Of a stretch of 64,000 bases of DNA, positions 44,033-55,243 are shown piece after piece. Source of the stretch: Diplonema japonicum (lineage: Eukaryota > Protista > Euglenozoa: Diplonemea); assembly GCA_964019335.1 (NCBI GenBank), contig OZ025698.1:124001-188000 (forward strand), given 5' to 3'. Position 1 is the first letter of the stretch, and every line of letters starts with the position of its first letter. Made by a program: the position numbers and the translations under genes. A model generated the notes under the pieces. The model saw nothing but the letters and a program-made list of their open reading frames with translations. It did no database searches and had not been told where the DNA came from.

Positions 44033-44882
44033 TTTTTTTTTTTTCAAAATACCAATGCAGGGCCGCCATGGAGAGCAACACCTGAGAAAAGGGAAAAAAG
44101 GTGAAGGGAAACCATGGGGAAATAGGGAGGGCAAAGGACCAGGCTTCTGCAAGCAGGAGGAGCCCTGGTCCCCCACCAACCCGTGCTCTGCTTTGGGACA
44201 GCCGAAGAGGGCTGAATTACATTATTCCCTCAGTCAAGTGAGAGAAAAACGGGGGCCTACCTTCCAGCTGGATGTCCTTCTTTGGCTGGAACCTCCGGCG
44301 GAAAGCCCCCCAGGGAGGTATTGCTCCTATTGAGCGAATCATTGGTGAGTGTGAAAAATAAAAAGGGGAAATGGGAAATGGGAAACAGTGAGAGGAAGGG
44401 GAAGGAAGGGAAAGGAAAGTGGGAAACACAACATTCCATTTTACACACACACGCGGGGCGATCCCTTAGCGCAGCACGGGGGCCGCGGGACCGGCGTCAA
44501 GAGAGACCGGAGGAGGGGGCGGCACGTTCGAAGGTGCAGTGACGTCTGTAGACGCCAGGGATGATGGCGAGGTGAACAGTCCGGAGCGTGACCAGGCGAG
44601 CAGGCCAGACTCAACAATGAGGTCGTAGATCTGGGTCACGCGTCTCGACAGGGAGAACGCTAGGGAGGGAGTACCAGCAGGAGTGTCGATCGCCCCCCTC
44701 CCGATCACAGGGCACCCACCGACAACATGCTCCCTGGACATCGGTGCTGCGTGGCAGGCCGGGCACCGGAGCACACCCTTGTGCTTCCTGTTCGGGCCAG
44801 CAGTCTGCAGGAAGCCGAAGAAGAGAGCCGAGTGACCAATCCGCAGCCGCGAGATGACCGTTTCAGCTTGTCTGGGGAAGCC
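44033..44882 (-). mobile_element. 5'-truncated family B copy
   Basis: Matches 35844-36662; short filler sequence, then the outermost TSD at 44893-44900. Confidence 0.92.
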
Positions 44883-44984
44883 TAAATCAGAACGATTTCC
44901 TGTTCGAATGATAATAATAATAAGCCACCTCCTGTGCAGCCTTCATCTTAACTGCTTGTGGCGGCTGCTTCAAGGTGGGAAAAG

Positions 44985-45066
44985 TGACGAGAGTGGGGTT
45001 TGAACCCACGCCCCCGAAGAGACTACGACCTGAACGTAGCGCCTTAGACCGCTCGGCCATCTCGCC
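44985..45066 (-). tRNA. tRNA-Leu (CAG)
   Basis: GGCGAGA/TCTCGTC acceptor stem, CTACG-TTCAGGT-CGTAG anticodon arm, long variable arm, GGTTCAAACC. Confidence 0.95.
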
Positions 45067-45342
45067 ATGTATTTTTTTCGCGATGATAAACTACGTGTTG
45101 TGGTGAGGGCGGGACCAAAAAGGGAAAATACTGTTTGTATAAATCTCTCAAAGGGAAAGGGAAGGGAAAGGGAGATGTGCATGTGGGACTGAGGATGTGA
45201 AGCATCGAAGAACGTTAGGCTTCCTTAACACACTTCGACACATTCACACCACTGCAAAATCCAAGGACTGTGGGCAGAAAGGGGAAAAGAAAGGGGAAAA
45301 TAGAAAACGTCGAAAATCAACAGGGAGAAAAAATAGACGCAT

Positions 45343-46251
45343 TTATTGAAAGTAGTAGGACTCCTGTGGCTCTTCAGAGGAAGGAGCGGAAGCGAGTCGA
45401 GAGATGGTGCCGTTCTGCAGGGCGTAGGTGCGGAACTCACAGTTCTTCCATTTGAGGGAATCAGTGGTGACGGATTTCAAGAAGTTGCCGTGGGAGACGA
45501 CAGCAACGCGGGTAGCAGGATAGGGGAGAGACAGGAGGAAGGAACGGAATCGTTGCGCCCGTGCATGTAGCTGCGTGTCAGTCTCACCAATGCGTACCCA
45601 CCACTTGTCCTCAGGGACATATGTGAAGTCAAGCCTCGCAAGCAGCTCCGGGTTTGAGGACAGCCGTGAAAGCAGCTCTGTCTTCATCGTTCCCGCATTG
45701 AAGCCTTCGAAGAAGGACCTAGACTCGCAGCACCCAGGGTGCAAAATGATCTTTTTGTCTGGAAAAAGATTCGCTGCGGTCTCAATGGTTCGCAGCATTG
45801 GGCTTGCAAAGATGGCATCGTATCGAAACACGCCCAGCTTGCCACGCGTATCACCGCACTGTCGCATACCTTCCGCAGTGAGGTTCGGGTCCTTCATCCG
45901 CGCTCCCTCCATGATCCCATTCAGCATTGTCTTACTTTCCTTCGCAGCCCTTTTCACATCTAATCCTGAGAAGCTCCCTAATAACCCCTTCCCGGCACGC
46001 TTAACCCCATTCTCCATTTCATTATGGACCCCTTCCCCATGACGAACGAATGTCACCTCCAACCGTCTCTCTCCACTGCCTTCATCACGGCTCGTCCTGC
46101 GCACCGGCCCCATCGAGAGCATCCGCTGCATCAGACTTGCCTTCTGCTTCGGTGTCTGTGGAGACAGCGGCATTGCATTCGCGGCCATAGGCTCATAGCT
46201 GGACGCAATCATCATACTGCTGTTATTGAAAAGTGGAACGACAAAGGTCAT
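45343..46251 (-). CDS. Histidine phosphatase / phosphoglycerate mutase-family protein; exact start uncertain
   Basis: FVRHGEGVHN, DPNLTAEG, ASPMLRTIET, VVSHG. Confidence 0.9.
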   Translation of the reverse strand: MTFVVPLFNNSSMMIASSYEPMAANAMPLSPQTPKQKASLMQRMLSMGPVRRTSRDEGSGERRLEVTFVRHGEGVHNEMENGVKRAGKGLLGSFSGLDVKRAAKESKTMLNGIMEGARMKDPNLTAEGMRQCGDTRGKLGVFRYDAIFASPMLRTIETAANLFPDKKIILHPGCCESRSFFEGFNAGTMKTELLSRLSSNPELLARLDFTYVPEDKWWVRIGETDTQLHARAQRFRSFLLSLPYPATRVAVVSHGNFLKSVTTDSLKWKNCEFRTYALQNGTISRLASAPSSEEPQESYYFQ

Positions 46252-46450
46252 GAAGGGTATAAAATGGAAACACTGACGCCTGTATTCTCGCCAATTTTAG
46301 ATCTCATCTCTCTCGAATCTAAGAAAAACCGTACCGTGGCAGTACTACACTGTACTGAGGGAGTAAAGGTGGGGGTATATTTTATGTTCGGCATGTTCAT
46401 CATTGTTGGAAGGCTTGGTTGAGTGGGTGCACGGAAATCTGTTTGCAAAG

Positions 46451-48614
46451 TTAATGCTCATCCACACTGCATACTTGTTGCCAATCGCCGGGGTTGGCAA
46501 GATTCACGTTTTTGAAGATGTAAGTGTTGTTGTTGGCGCAGGTGATGGCAAGGAGGCCTTCGTGCTCACTCCAGGAGGCCCGCCACGCGAGGTCGGGCAC
46601 ACGAACTGTCGACAGAAGGTTCCATTGAGACTTCCCTTCAGGCAAGTCCTTTCTTGCCCAGATGTACACATTAGGACCTGAACAGCATGCAAGCTTCGAT
46701 GAATCAGCAACAGGAGAAGGGCAGAAGGCAACATCACGCACCCAGTCCTGCGTTAGTTATTTTCCTCCCTTCAACATACCGGGTACTCCTTGAGTCCTTC
46801 TGGGACTACATCAGCTTCATGTACAAAGGTGTTCAACTCGTTTTTCACCCAGATTTTAAGCATGTTATCAGCGCCACCTGTGGCGATCCTTTGGCAGGGG
46901 GTGTTGGTGAGGGGCTCCCAGCTAATGCAGTTGCAGCCGATCTGATGGGCGTTGGGGATGAGAGAGACCTCCCAAGCCCCGTGAGCCTGGTAGGTGTGCA
47001 CAGACACAGAGGAGTCGGAGGAGCACGCAGCGATGATAGCCGCTTCGTGCCCAGGGGGTGCCCAGGAGATGCCGTTCACACTCGATTTGTGTCCGCCATA
47101 TGTGTAGACACGTTCGAAGTTGTTCTTCCCCTTCTCTTGCCACACGATCACCTTACCGTCGTAGCCGCACGATGCCAGTGTCGTTCCGAATTTAGGATGC
47201 CCCCACGCCACACCCCAAACTGGTCCTGCGTGCTCCTCGAGGTTCGCAGCGAACGCCTGTTGACTCCTCTCCTCCATCCGCCCGTCTTGCTGCTGCTCCA
47301 TCGTGCGCCACAGTTCGAACACCTTCACCGAACCGTCGCTGCTGCATGTCGCCAAGTACCTCCCGTATGTGTCGTACTGGGCATCGTGCTGTGTTTATAT
47401 AAAAGACGAGGCGCTAGATATCTAGCGATCAAAAATTTAATGTTACGCAACGGTATTTTTAAGTGCTCTTGCACACAAATACATACCGGGTTTGCACTTA
47501 TTATGTTTTGTAAAAAGTCTCAAATTGGGCAAAAAAATCGAAAAATGTACAGTACACTATTAATACGGTTCATAAAGTTTACAGAAATAAAAAATATCCC
47601 AGAAGATATCCCTAAATAAAAAATCCCAGAAACAAAAAAACCGGGCTTCTCTTCTGTGTCTTTTCCGGCCTTCAGAGCGTACCTGACCTAAGAGCTCGGG
47701 GATGAAAAAAGTACACGTAAGTAACTTACGAGCTTTTTTTTTCCAGCACGGAGGGGTAAAAAACACGTGGTGCATAAGGGGGCCTTTGAAATTATATTGC
47801 AAGTGGGAATAGGGGCTTTGCAACAGGGACACCACGTTTGCACCTTCTTCTTCACCCAGGAACAGTACAGAGCACCCTCACCTTCGTTCCGTTAATCATG
47901 GTCTCGGAGGATTTAGGTTCAGATCGAGACGTTTTGGGTATTTCTAATCCTCATTGCCAGCGTGTTTGTGCTTGGGGGTCGGTGGGCCGTCCAGGAAAAG
48001 CTCGCAGAGGAGCTCTTCAAGGAGAAGGAACTGAGGCTACAGGCAGAGCAGGGTCTCAAGCTCAAAGAAGATCAATTCTCAGGTGAGCTTGCCATGAAGG
48101 ACAGACAGCTGGACTTGCACCAGGACAGTTACAAGCAGGTATAAATAAACTGGGTGACAAGAAATACTGACACAACTAACACAGGGTCAGAAGGCTGGTG
48201 TAGTCGGGGGTGGTGTGCTATTGGGTAGCTATTTCGCCGTGGCATTTTAAGGGGAAGTAAGGCACTTATTCCCACTTTTAAGGGCCTCAGAAATAGTCAA
48301 TACCCCCTAAAAGGTACATAATTTATAAGGTGCATTAAATGAACGGCACATTATTAATACGGAACAAAATAAGTACAAATCCGGTAGTTCCGTGCTAAAA
48401 AACTTCAAGAACACCTCGAAATCAGTTTTGGGTGGCACGAAAGCTCATACGAGCACTGATTAGCACCAGTATGGTTGCATGCTCGAGGATGTTTAAATTT
48501 AGAAAATAATTGATGGTGGCCTTTTTTTTTTTTTGCCAAAGAAAAAAACCCCCCACATACAATCATGTCTTTGTGGTCTGTGTTAAGCATCTCTGTCACT
48601 ACTCCATTCGCCAT
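46451..48614 (-). CDS. SEC13: SEC13 WD40 protein; exons 48614-48561, 47388-46780, 46747-46451
   Basis: HKDMI|[50 protein letters not shown]; GT-AG introns, one of 32 nt with ACTAAC. Confidence 0.93.
47917..48250 (+). CDS. Small nested antisense gene in SEC13 intron 1 (TM, coiled coil, TM); 5' exon not located; intron 48139-48184
   Basis: AG acceptor at 47916, [14 protein letters not shown], charged helix; removing the GT...ACTAACACAG intron gives in-frame [21 protein letters not shown]. Confidence 0.6.
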
Positions 48615-48803
48615 ATTGTGTATTGTTAAGCCCTCTGTGTGAGTTTTAACTGTCTTGCAAGCAAGTTCTCAAGTTATGCTTGGGTTGGCAGGGGAGAACG
48701 GTTTACGGGGAAAATATCACTCTCGATCCTGATGCCTCTGCGGTTCTCCTTCACGAGCACAACAAGAACGGGGGAAATACTTCAAAACCCCTTTGCAAAC
48801 TGC

Positions 48804-48908
48804 CTATTTGGACCTCTGCCTCATCTTCCGCCTTCTCCTCTTCAACCTTTTCAACCTCTTCTTCTTCCACTTGGGGCGCATGCCCCTAGGCCTGGGAACG
48901 GAACCCAT
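48804..48908 (-). CDS. RPL41: Ribosomal protein eL41, copy 1
   Basis: MGSVPRPRGMRPKWKKKRLKRLKRRRRKMRQRSK*. Confidence 0.9.
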   Translation of the reverse strand: MGSVPRPRGMRPKWKKKRLKRLKRRRRKMRQRSK

Positions 48909-49168
48909 TTACTTATGACTGTGGTGATGTTTAGTTTTCTAAGAAAGTAAAAATGAACAACTAAGAAAAGCCTGTTTTCCTATGATCTGGACTTAAGGCA
49001 GCCCTTCCCACTATTTCAATAGAATGGTACACTTGCGCTCTGCTCAGGTATTTGTGCTGGTGCTGCACGAGAGATACTCCGTTGTTCACTAGAAGGAGGG
49101 GAAAGCGAGAGGTAAAAAAGAGATGTTGGTAGTGACTCATGAATGCATCAGCCCATTAGACCCAAGGC

Positions 49169-49273
49169 CTATTTGGACCTCTGCCTCATCTTCCGCCTTC
49201 TCCTCTTCAACCTTTTCAACCTCTTCTTCTTCCACTTGGGGCGCATGCCCCTAGGCCTGGGAACGGAACCCAT
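49169..49273 (-). CDS. RPL41: Ribosomal protein eL41, copy 2
   Basis: Identical 105-nt CDS. Confidence 0.9.
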   Translation of the reverse strand: MGSVPRPRGMRPKWKKKRLKRLKRRRRKMRQRSK

Positions 49274-49451
49274 TTTACTGTCTCAAACCTATGGTGCATG
49301 AAGTAAATTGATTCGAAAAACAAACACAAAATAAGAAAACTAGCAAACTCTCAATCCAAACGTTCTTCTTCATTTTTTCCTTTTTTTTTCCCCCCCTCTC
49401 CTTCTTCTTTTTTTCTCCTTTGCTATATTATTCTCTTTTTTCCTTGGAAAC

Positions 49452-49556
49452 CTATTTGGACCTCTGCCTCATCTTCCGCCTTCTCCTCTTCAACCTTTTC
49501 AACCTCTTCTTCTTCCACTTGGGGCGCATGCCCCTAGGCCTGGGAACGGAACCCAT
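49452..49556 (-). CDS. RPL41: Ribosomal protein eL41, copy 3
   Basis: Identical 105-nt CDS. Confidence 0.9.
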   Translation of the reverse strand: MGSVPRPRGMRPKWKKKRLKRLKRRRRKMRQRSK

Positions 49557-49739
49557 TTTCTTATGACTGTGGTGGTGAAAATGAACAAAGTGGAATAGAA
49601 AAATAATAATGTTTTGGGTGGGCAGTACATGAGGTGGCAACAGGTACTTAAACTTTTCAGTTTCAGCTAACAGCAGCACGTGCTAATAAGCCGAAATACC
49701 TTCTACCTACCTGTTGCAACACTAAATCTCGCCTCATGC

Positions 49740-49844
49740 CTATTTGGACCTCTGCCTCATCTTCCGCCTTCTCCTCTTCAACCTTTTCAACCTCTTCTTC
49801 TTCCACTTGGGGCGCATGCCCCTAGGCCTGGGAACGGAACCCAT
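49740..49844 (-). CDS. RPL41: Ribosomal protein eL41, copy 4
   Basis: Identical 105-nt CDS. Confidence 0.9.
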   Translation of the reverse strand: MGSVPRPRGMRPKWKKKRLKRLKRRRRKMRQRSK

Positions 49845-49926
49845 TTAACTTATGACTGTGGTGAGAGAGTGAAGAGTGAGCGAGATGCTCTTTTTTTTTC
49901 CCCTCCCCAATTCCATAGGACTAAGA

Positions 49927-50023
49927 TCAGGCTCATTAAATCGGTTATTGTTGTTGTGGTCACGACACATCAGCAGAAGCAGGGTCTCCCCTCTAAAGCT
50001 TGTCGGATGGGGTGTGTCATCAT
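49927..50023 (-). ncRNA. Box C/D snoRNA, predicted guide for 18S Am100 (yeast numbering); further copies at 50334-50430, 55294-55390 and 55720-55816
   Basis: ATGATGA...CTGA...CTGA; D-box guide ATAACCGATTTAATGAGC is complementary to conserved 18S GCUCAUUAAAUC(A/G)GUUAU, and the D+5 rule gives the A of GCUCA. Confidence 0.85.
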
Positions 50024-50048
50024 GTCGCAAAAAAATATATTTGTAATT

Positions 50049-50128
50049 GAGTCTTCCAGTCAAAATTGAGTCACAAGGACAAGGTAGCTGGTCGGTGCTG
50101 CACCTTGTGACTCACCCAAGTTGTCTGG
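50049..50128 (-). ncRNA. Single-hairpin H/ACA (AGA-box) snoRNA candidate; copies at 55416-55495 and 55596-55675, deleted copy near 50226-50289
   Basis: Lower stem CCAG/CTGG, upper stem GAGTCACAAGG/CCTTGTGACTC, AGA 3 nt from the end; pocket TTGGGT / AATTTT could pair with 18S AAAUUACCCAA. Confidence 0.6.
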
Positions 50129-50622
50129 TGGCAATAAAAGAGCCGTTCAAAGCAAATGTAAAAAGGTTTTCCCAAAAGCCTGTCGAGTGGGATGTCATCA
50201 TGTCAATGAAACATGACACTTGTCACTCTTCCAGTCAAAATTGAGTCACAAGGACAAGGTAGCTGGTCGGTGCTACCCAAGTTGTCTGGTTTTGTTTTCT
50301 TTTTGGAAATACCTCACCAAATGCAGTTTATGATCAGGCTCATTAAATCGGTTATTGTTGTTGTGGTCACGACACATCAGCAGAAGCAGGGTCTCCCCTC
50401 TAAAGCTTGTCGGATGGGGTGTGTCATCATCTCATGCACACCCTTTTTTCTCGTGAAATCAAAACAAAATAAAAGCAACACTAGCAGAAACTGATCTCAA
50501 AATTCACCTTCATTTCCTTTGTACTCATGTTCTACAGAAGACAACAAAGAAATACGAGATAAAAAAATAAAGACAATTCTCCTTCATGATACCCTCTTGA
50601 TACTGTCAGCTGTAACTAAGGC

Positions 50623-50727
50623 CTATTTGGACCTCTGCCTCATCTTCCGCCTTCTCCTCTTCAACCTTTTCAACCTCTTCTTCTTCCACTTGGGGCGCAT
50701 GCCCCTAGGCCTGGGAACGGAACCCAT
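50623..50727 (-). CDS. RPL41: Ribosomal protein eL41, copy 5
   Basis: Identical 105-nt CDS. Confidence 0.9.
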   Translation of the reverse strand: MGSVPRPRGMRPKWKKKRLKRLKRRRRKMRQRSK

Positions 50728-50865
50728 TTTGCTGTCAAACCTGTAGGTAAGGTGCTCGGGAGGGACGGTCAAAGATTGAATAAAATAAAAAAAAAGAACG
50801 AGCTTTTTCTTTACTTCAGTTTTTTTTTTTTTTTATTTGATGGGTTACTGATCAGCCGAAGCACT

Positions 50866-51367
50866 CTACGCAACAAGGGCAGAGGCGGTGGAAGAGTCGT
50901 ACTTCCAGTTGGGGGGGAGCCTGTTTTTTTTTTTTTTTTTCTTTTTCATTTTTTTTTCCATACATCCTGGTGCGGCGGTAGTAACGGGCCAGCCTGTGGA
51001 TCCTGGACTCGATCAGAATAAGCCTGAACTTCTGGTCCTTGTCCTTCCTGTTCTTCTCCATGTGCTTCCTCATCTGAACTGCCTTCTTGATCATGTGGTA
51101 GAGGTCCTCGGGGGTCTCGGGGGCAAGGCCAGCGTGCTTGAGGATACGGAGGATCTTCCTCCCGGTGATGTTCTTGACCTGGGCAATCCCGGCGGAGTCC
51201 CTCAGCTGGACACCGATCTGCGAGGGGGTCAGACCCTTCTTGGCGTACCTGGCGATCTGGTCAATCACCTCCTTCGAGGAGTGCTTCGCCGCCCAAGCTG
51301 CGGGAGACCTCTTGTACGGAAGGCTGCTGTCAGCCATACCCTTACCGAAGCTGTGCATACGACCCAT
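50866..51367 (-). CDS. RPS13: 40S ribosomal protein S13 (uS15); intron 50921-50963
   Basis: [40 protein letters not shown]; splicing restores [17 protein letters not shown]. Confidence 0.97.
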
Positions 51368-51741
51368 TTTAGGATTTGTGTTCTACGGCTGGGCAGGGTG
51401 CTTCGTTTTCGAGAAAAGAAGAAGAAAAGAGGGAATAAAGGGGCAAAAGGAAAAACCGGAGGTGGGGCTTTCTTGGTTGGGAAAGGGTTTTCAGGGAAAA
51501 CAAAAAAAAATTGGGGGAATGGGAATGAGAAGAAACAACTTCTTTTTAAGGAAAGACAACAACAAAAAAAGGGGGGGGAAGAAAAAAAGAGAAATAGAAA
51601 AAAAAAGGGGGAAAAAAAAAGGAAAGAGGAAAAAAAAAAAAAAAAAAAGGTGGTGCGAAAAAAAAAGGAAAGATCTAAAAAAAAAAAAAAAAAAAAAAAA
51701 AAGATTTCTTTTATTTTGGTTTTTATTTAACTATTAAACTT

Positions 51742-52101
51742 CTAACTCAGCTGCTTCTGAAGCTCCTCGATGTTCGGGGTCATGGAGGGCACTGGTTCGT
51801 TCAGGTACTTGGCGAAGTCCTCGATGGAGACTCTGCCCTGGTCGTCGGTCTTGACCTCGGACATGAGCTGCTTGACTTCAGCTTCAGACATTTTCTCACC
51901 AAGGGTGGTGAGGAGAGACACAATCTCAGAGTGCTTCAAGAAACCCGTCTCATTCCCATCGAAGGCCTGCAGGGCCGCCAAGAGGTCCTGCTGAGTCGGA
52001 CCCTCGTAGGGCTGTTTCATGAACTCGATGAACTCTTCCAGCTTCACCTGATCACCCAGAGACGCTGTCTTCTCCTGGACTTCAGCCTCGGTATATTTTC
52101 T

Positions 52102-52135
<34 letters not shown>

Positions 52136-52271
52136 TCCTTTTTTCTTTTTTCTTTTCCCCCCGCAACATACCCAAGGACCTCACTATATGTATAAAATCG
52201 GATTTCGCAACGCTCCCCGTTCGCTTCTCATCGAAGAGGTACCAAGTTTCCTTCCACTCCGCTTCGCTCAT
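51742..52271 (-). CDS. Calmodulin/myosin light chain-like EF-hand protein; intron 52104-52171
   Basis: WKETWYLFDEKRTG, IVRSLG|RKYTEAEV, AFDGNETGFL, TLGEKMSEAEV. Confidence 0.85.
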
Positions 52272-53354
52272 ATTTTTTTTTATTCTTTTTTTTTTTTCAA
52301 AAAAGGACGGAGAAAGGCTAGCGAGGAGTACAAGGGAATGGAGGGCAACAAAAAAAAGTTTTATCAAGAGTTGGGGGGGAGAAAAAAAATGGGGGGGTCA
52401 GGGTTAAATGCGTTTGGTGGGGTCGTTCTGCCCGCTGGAGGAGAATTACTTATGTTGTCATGATGTGACCCTTGGAGCTCAAAAACCCACAAAAAAAAAA
52501 AAGAAAGAAAGGGTGGCTCTTTATGTAATCTAAAAAACGCATCAACAAATACCCCCTTTTTTTTACATAGTCCGAACAAAAGGCGAAAAAAGAGTCATAT
52601 GCACAACTAAAAATGAGCGCACGTACTCCTTTTACGAATGAGCGTAAAAAAAAAGAAATTCGATCTTTTAACGTCAAAGGTCAAATGGCGCTCAGCACGA
52701 TCACCACAGTCGGCTCCAAGTGTACCACAAAGTACAAGGGGTGGTGGTTTATAGTCCAACGACTCATTGCAGTGACTTTACTTGGTAGTGTAATAGCTGA
52801 TGCCAGCCGGCCAATGTTTGCCTTATTCTTGTCTCTCCGCCAAGCATCCGTCTCCCTGGCACAGACGTTCCTGAAATGACTCGCTTAAGGGGAGGTTCAA
52901 AAGATCTTGCTGCCCGGTAAAGAAAAATGGAGAAGGGGGAGGGGGAAAAAGTAAAAGAAAACGGTGAATGTGCGGGTGAGGACTGGGGGATCGTTTTTTT
53001 TTTTTTTTAAATTGAAGATTTCTTCTTGACTCTCCTTTAAACAGGGTAAACAGAAGGGTGGTTAAAAATCAAAAAAAGGTGGGGGGAGACCACTTCTTAC
53101 ATTTGTAAGCTAAATAAAGTAAACAAGTCAATGACATTAGAAGAAAAAAAAAAAAGGAAAAAAAAAACCCACTACAGTTACGTTCAACAATATAAAAAGA
53201 AATTAACGTGGGGAAGTGGGGAATGTGGAAATGTTTAGAGCAGAGAAAGGAAGGAAGAAGAAAAAAAATCAATCGCAACTCACTACTTGATAGCGCAGGC
53301 TGGAGCCAAATGGCGCTGGTGTTGAATACGAATCAGCTTTTTTACTCTGCAGAA

Positions 53355-53394
<40 letters not shown>

Positions 53395-53446
53395 GGGATA
53401 TCACTATTAAAGTGAAGGCGGTACGTGTTAAAAAAAACCCCCCTTC

Positions 53447-55243
53447 TCAGATAAGGAGCGCGAACTGCAAGATGAAGCGAATGGATTGCATCACACCGCA
53501 GATGCGGAATGTGGTGGCAATGCCCGCGATCTGTGCCATGCACACCCCAGGGAGCACGATGTCATGTCCTGTGAGGTAGAGGTTGGGCACCTTCGTGCGG
53601 ACGTCAAGAGCGTCCCTCACTTCAGGTTTGAAGAAACGGTCCACGGATATCTCAAGCCCCACACTGGTCCCCTGCACCGAGGAGAGGTGGTGCGCAACAC
53701 TAAGAGGCGTTGAAATGTTTGTCATATCCACCTTGCCCTCCGTCTTCGGGTAGAACCTGTACAAGATCTTAAGCAGCATCTGCTCGTACGCATTCTTCTT
53801 CTCGTCATAGTCATCGCCCCTGTTCAGGTACGGCTCGTTCTCCCACGGCTCGAACTCGGGGTACTCTGCGAAGATAAGCATCTGGCATGTCGTCTTGTTG
53901 CCGTAGTCCGTCGACTGGTCCTTCACAGATGGGAAGGTCAGCATCACCGGCGGCTCGCCGCACGTCAAGGGGTCCTTGTAGTAGTCGCGCATTGCCTCGA
54001 ACATGTCGTCGTTCTTGTCGACAGGTGCGTACCACAGGTTCGCGTTCGTGATGCCCAGTTCCTCCGCAGTGCCCTTGATCCCGATGTTCGCCATGATGAA
54101 CCCACACGAGGTCTTGCAAGGCGCCAGGGGGATGTTGTATTTCTCCACCACCTTCTTCGGAACCAGTTTGTTAAAAGTGTTCAGGTAGCCAGCCGCGGAC
54201 ACCACCAAGCTGCAGTCAATCTGCGTGCCATCCATCATGGTCACTCCGCAGGCCTGGCCCTTCTCGTTGCACATAACCTCACCCACCCTTGCGTCGCAGA
54301 GCACCCTGCCGCCCCACTCCTCGATCACAGGCACCAACGACGCGCCAAGACCCTCGGACCCACCTCTGGGGTAGCACCCACCCTCCCTTGCAAGACCGCG
54401 GAACACACATCCGGTCATCATGAAAGTGGAAATGTCGGGGCGGCCACCGGAGTCCATCCACAGGGAACTCAGCAGTCCCTGAAGCTTCTTGTTCTTGACA
54501 GTCTTCTTGATGACATCCTCGCCTGTCTCCATCACTACGTCCATCCACCTCTTCGGGATTAAGCTCCAGTACAGGGGTTGGAGGAACTTGGGAAGGAGCC
54601 TGCTGACAACGATAACCTGCGACATGCTAATGCAGTGGTCAGCCAGCTTCATGAACTCGTCGATGTCTTCCTTGTCCTCTGGGAATCTCCTGTAGAGCTC
54701 GTCGATGTGCGCTTCCTTGTGCTTCATCCCGAACATCGGCTCGTCGCCCACGTGCACATAGTCAAAGACGCCGTCTGAGTCGCCCATCAGCTCACAGGGA
54801 GGTACTTGGTCTGCCCTTCTGAGCCCGGCAATTTGCGCAAGGGGTGTGTTCCAAGGCACGGTGTAGTGGAGACCAGAGTCGAACTTGTAGCCCTTCAAGT
54901 TGAAGCTGTGCGTGCTCCCCCCCACCACATCCGGGTGCTGCTCCAAGACAACAACCTTCTTCCCTGACCTCGCAAGCATGGCCCCTGCGGTGAGACCGCC
55001 CATGCCACTCCCGATGACCACCACGTCGACCTTGTCGGGCAGCTTGTCAACATGGAACTTGTCGTGCATGAGGGCCTTGGAGGGTCGGTCGGGTCGCAGC
55101 CCTGGTGGCGGTCTGGCAGTGCTTACAACCCACAGCAGCAGCGTCGAGAGCATCATGGCGCCGATCACAGCCATCTGCGTCGATATCAGCCATGGTAAAA
55201 CAACAAATAGAAGGGCTAGAAACCCTAGCGGTTTAAAATTCAT
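53447..55243 (-). CDS. FAD-dependent oxidoreductase, all-trans-retinol 13,14-reductase / phytoene desaturase family
   Basis: VIGSGMGG, VLEQH..GGSTHSF..GYKFDSGLHY, YPRGGS, STPLS, NLYLTGHD; hydrophobic N-terminus. Confidence 0.9.
   Translation of the reverse strand: MNFKPLGFLALLFVVLPWLISTQMAVIGAMMLSTLLLWVVSTARPPPGLRPDRPSKALMHDKFHVDKLPDKVDVVVIGSGMGGLTAGAMLARSGKKVVVLEQHPDVVGGSTHSFNLKGYKFDSGLHYTVPWNTPLAQIAGLRRADQVPPCELMGDSDGVFDYVHVGDEPMFGMKHKEAHIDELYRRFPEDKEDIDEFMKLADHCISMSQVIVVSRLLPKFLQPLYWSLIPKRWMDVVMETGEDVIKKTVKNKKLQGLLSSLWMDSGGRPDISTFMMTGCVFRGLAREGGCYPRGGSEGLGASLVPVIEEWGGRVLCDARVGEVMCNEKGQACGVTMMDGTQIDCSLVVSAAGYLNTFNKLVPKKVVEKYNIPLAPCKTSCGFIMANIGIKGTAEELGITNANLWYAPVDKNDDMFEAMRDYYKDPLTCGEPPVMLTFPSVKDQSTDYGNKTTCQMLIFAEYPEFEPWENEPYLNRGDDYDEKKNAYEQMLLKILYRFYPKTEGKVDMTNISTPLSVAHHLSSVQGTSVGLEISVDRFFKPEVRDALDVRTKVPNLYLTGHDIVLPGVCMAQIAGIATTFRICGVMQSIRFILQFALLI

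Noticed and set aside
48804-49844. CRISPR-like array (identical repeats with unique spacers)
   Set aside because: The repeats are 105-nt eL41 coding sequences in a eukaryotic context with no cas genes.
52660-52920. Higher-complexity intergenic islands (also 56690-57000 and 57830-58130) as small genes or ncRNAs
   Set aside because: No recognisable motif or secure exon structure; needs RNA-seq.
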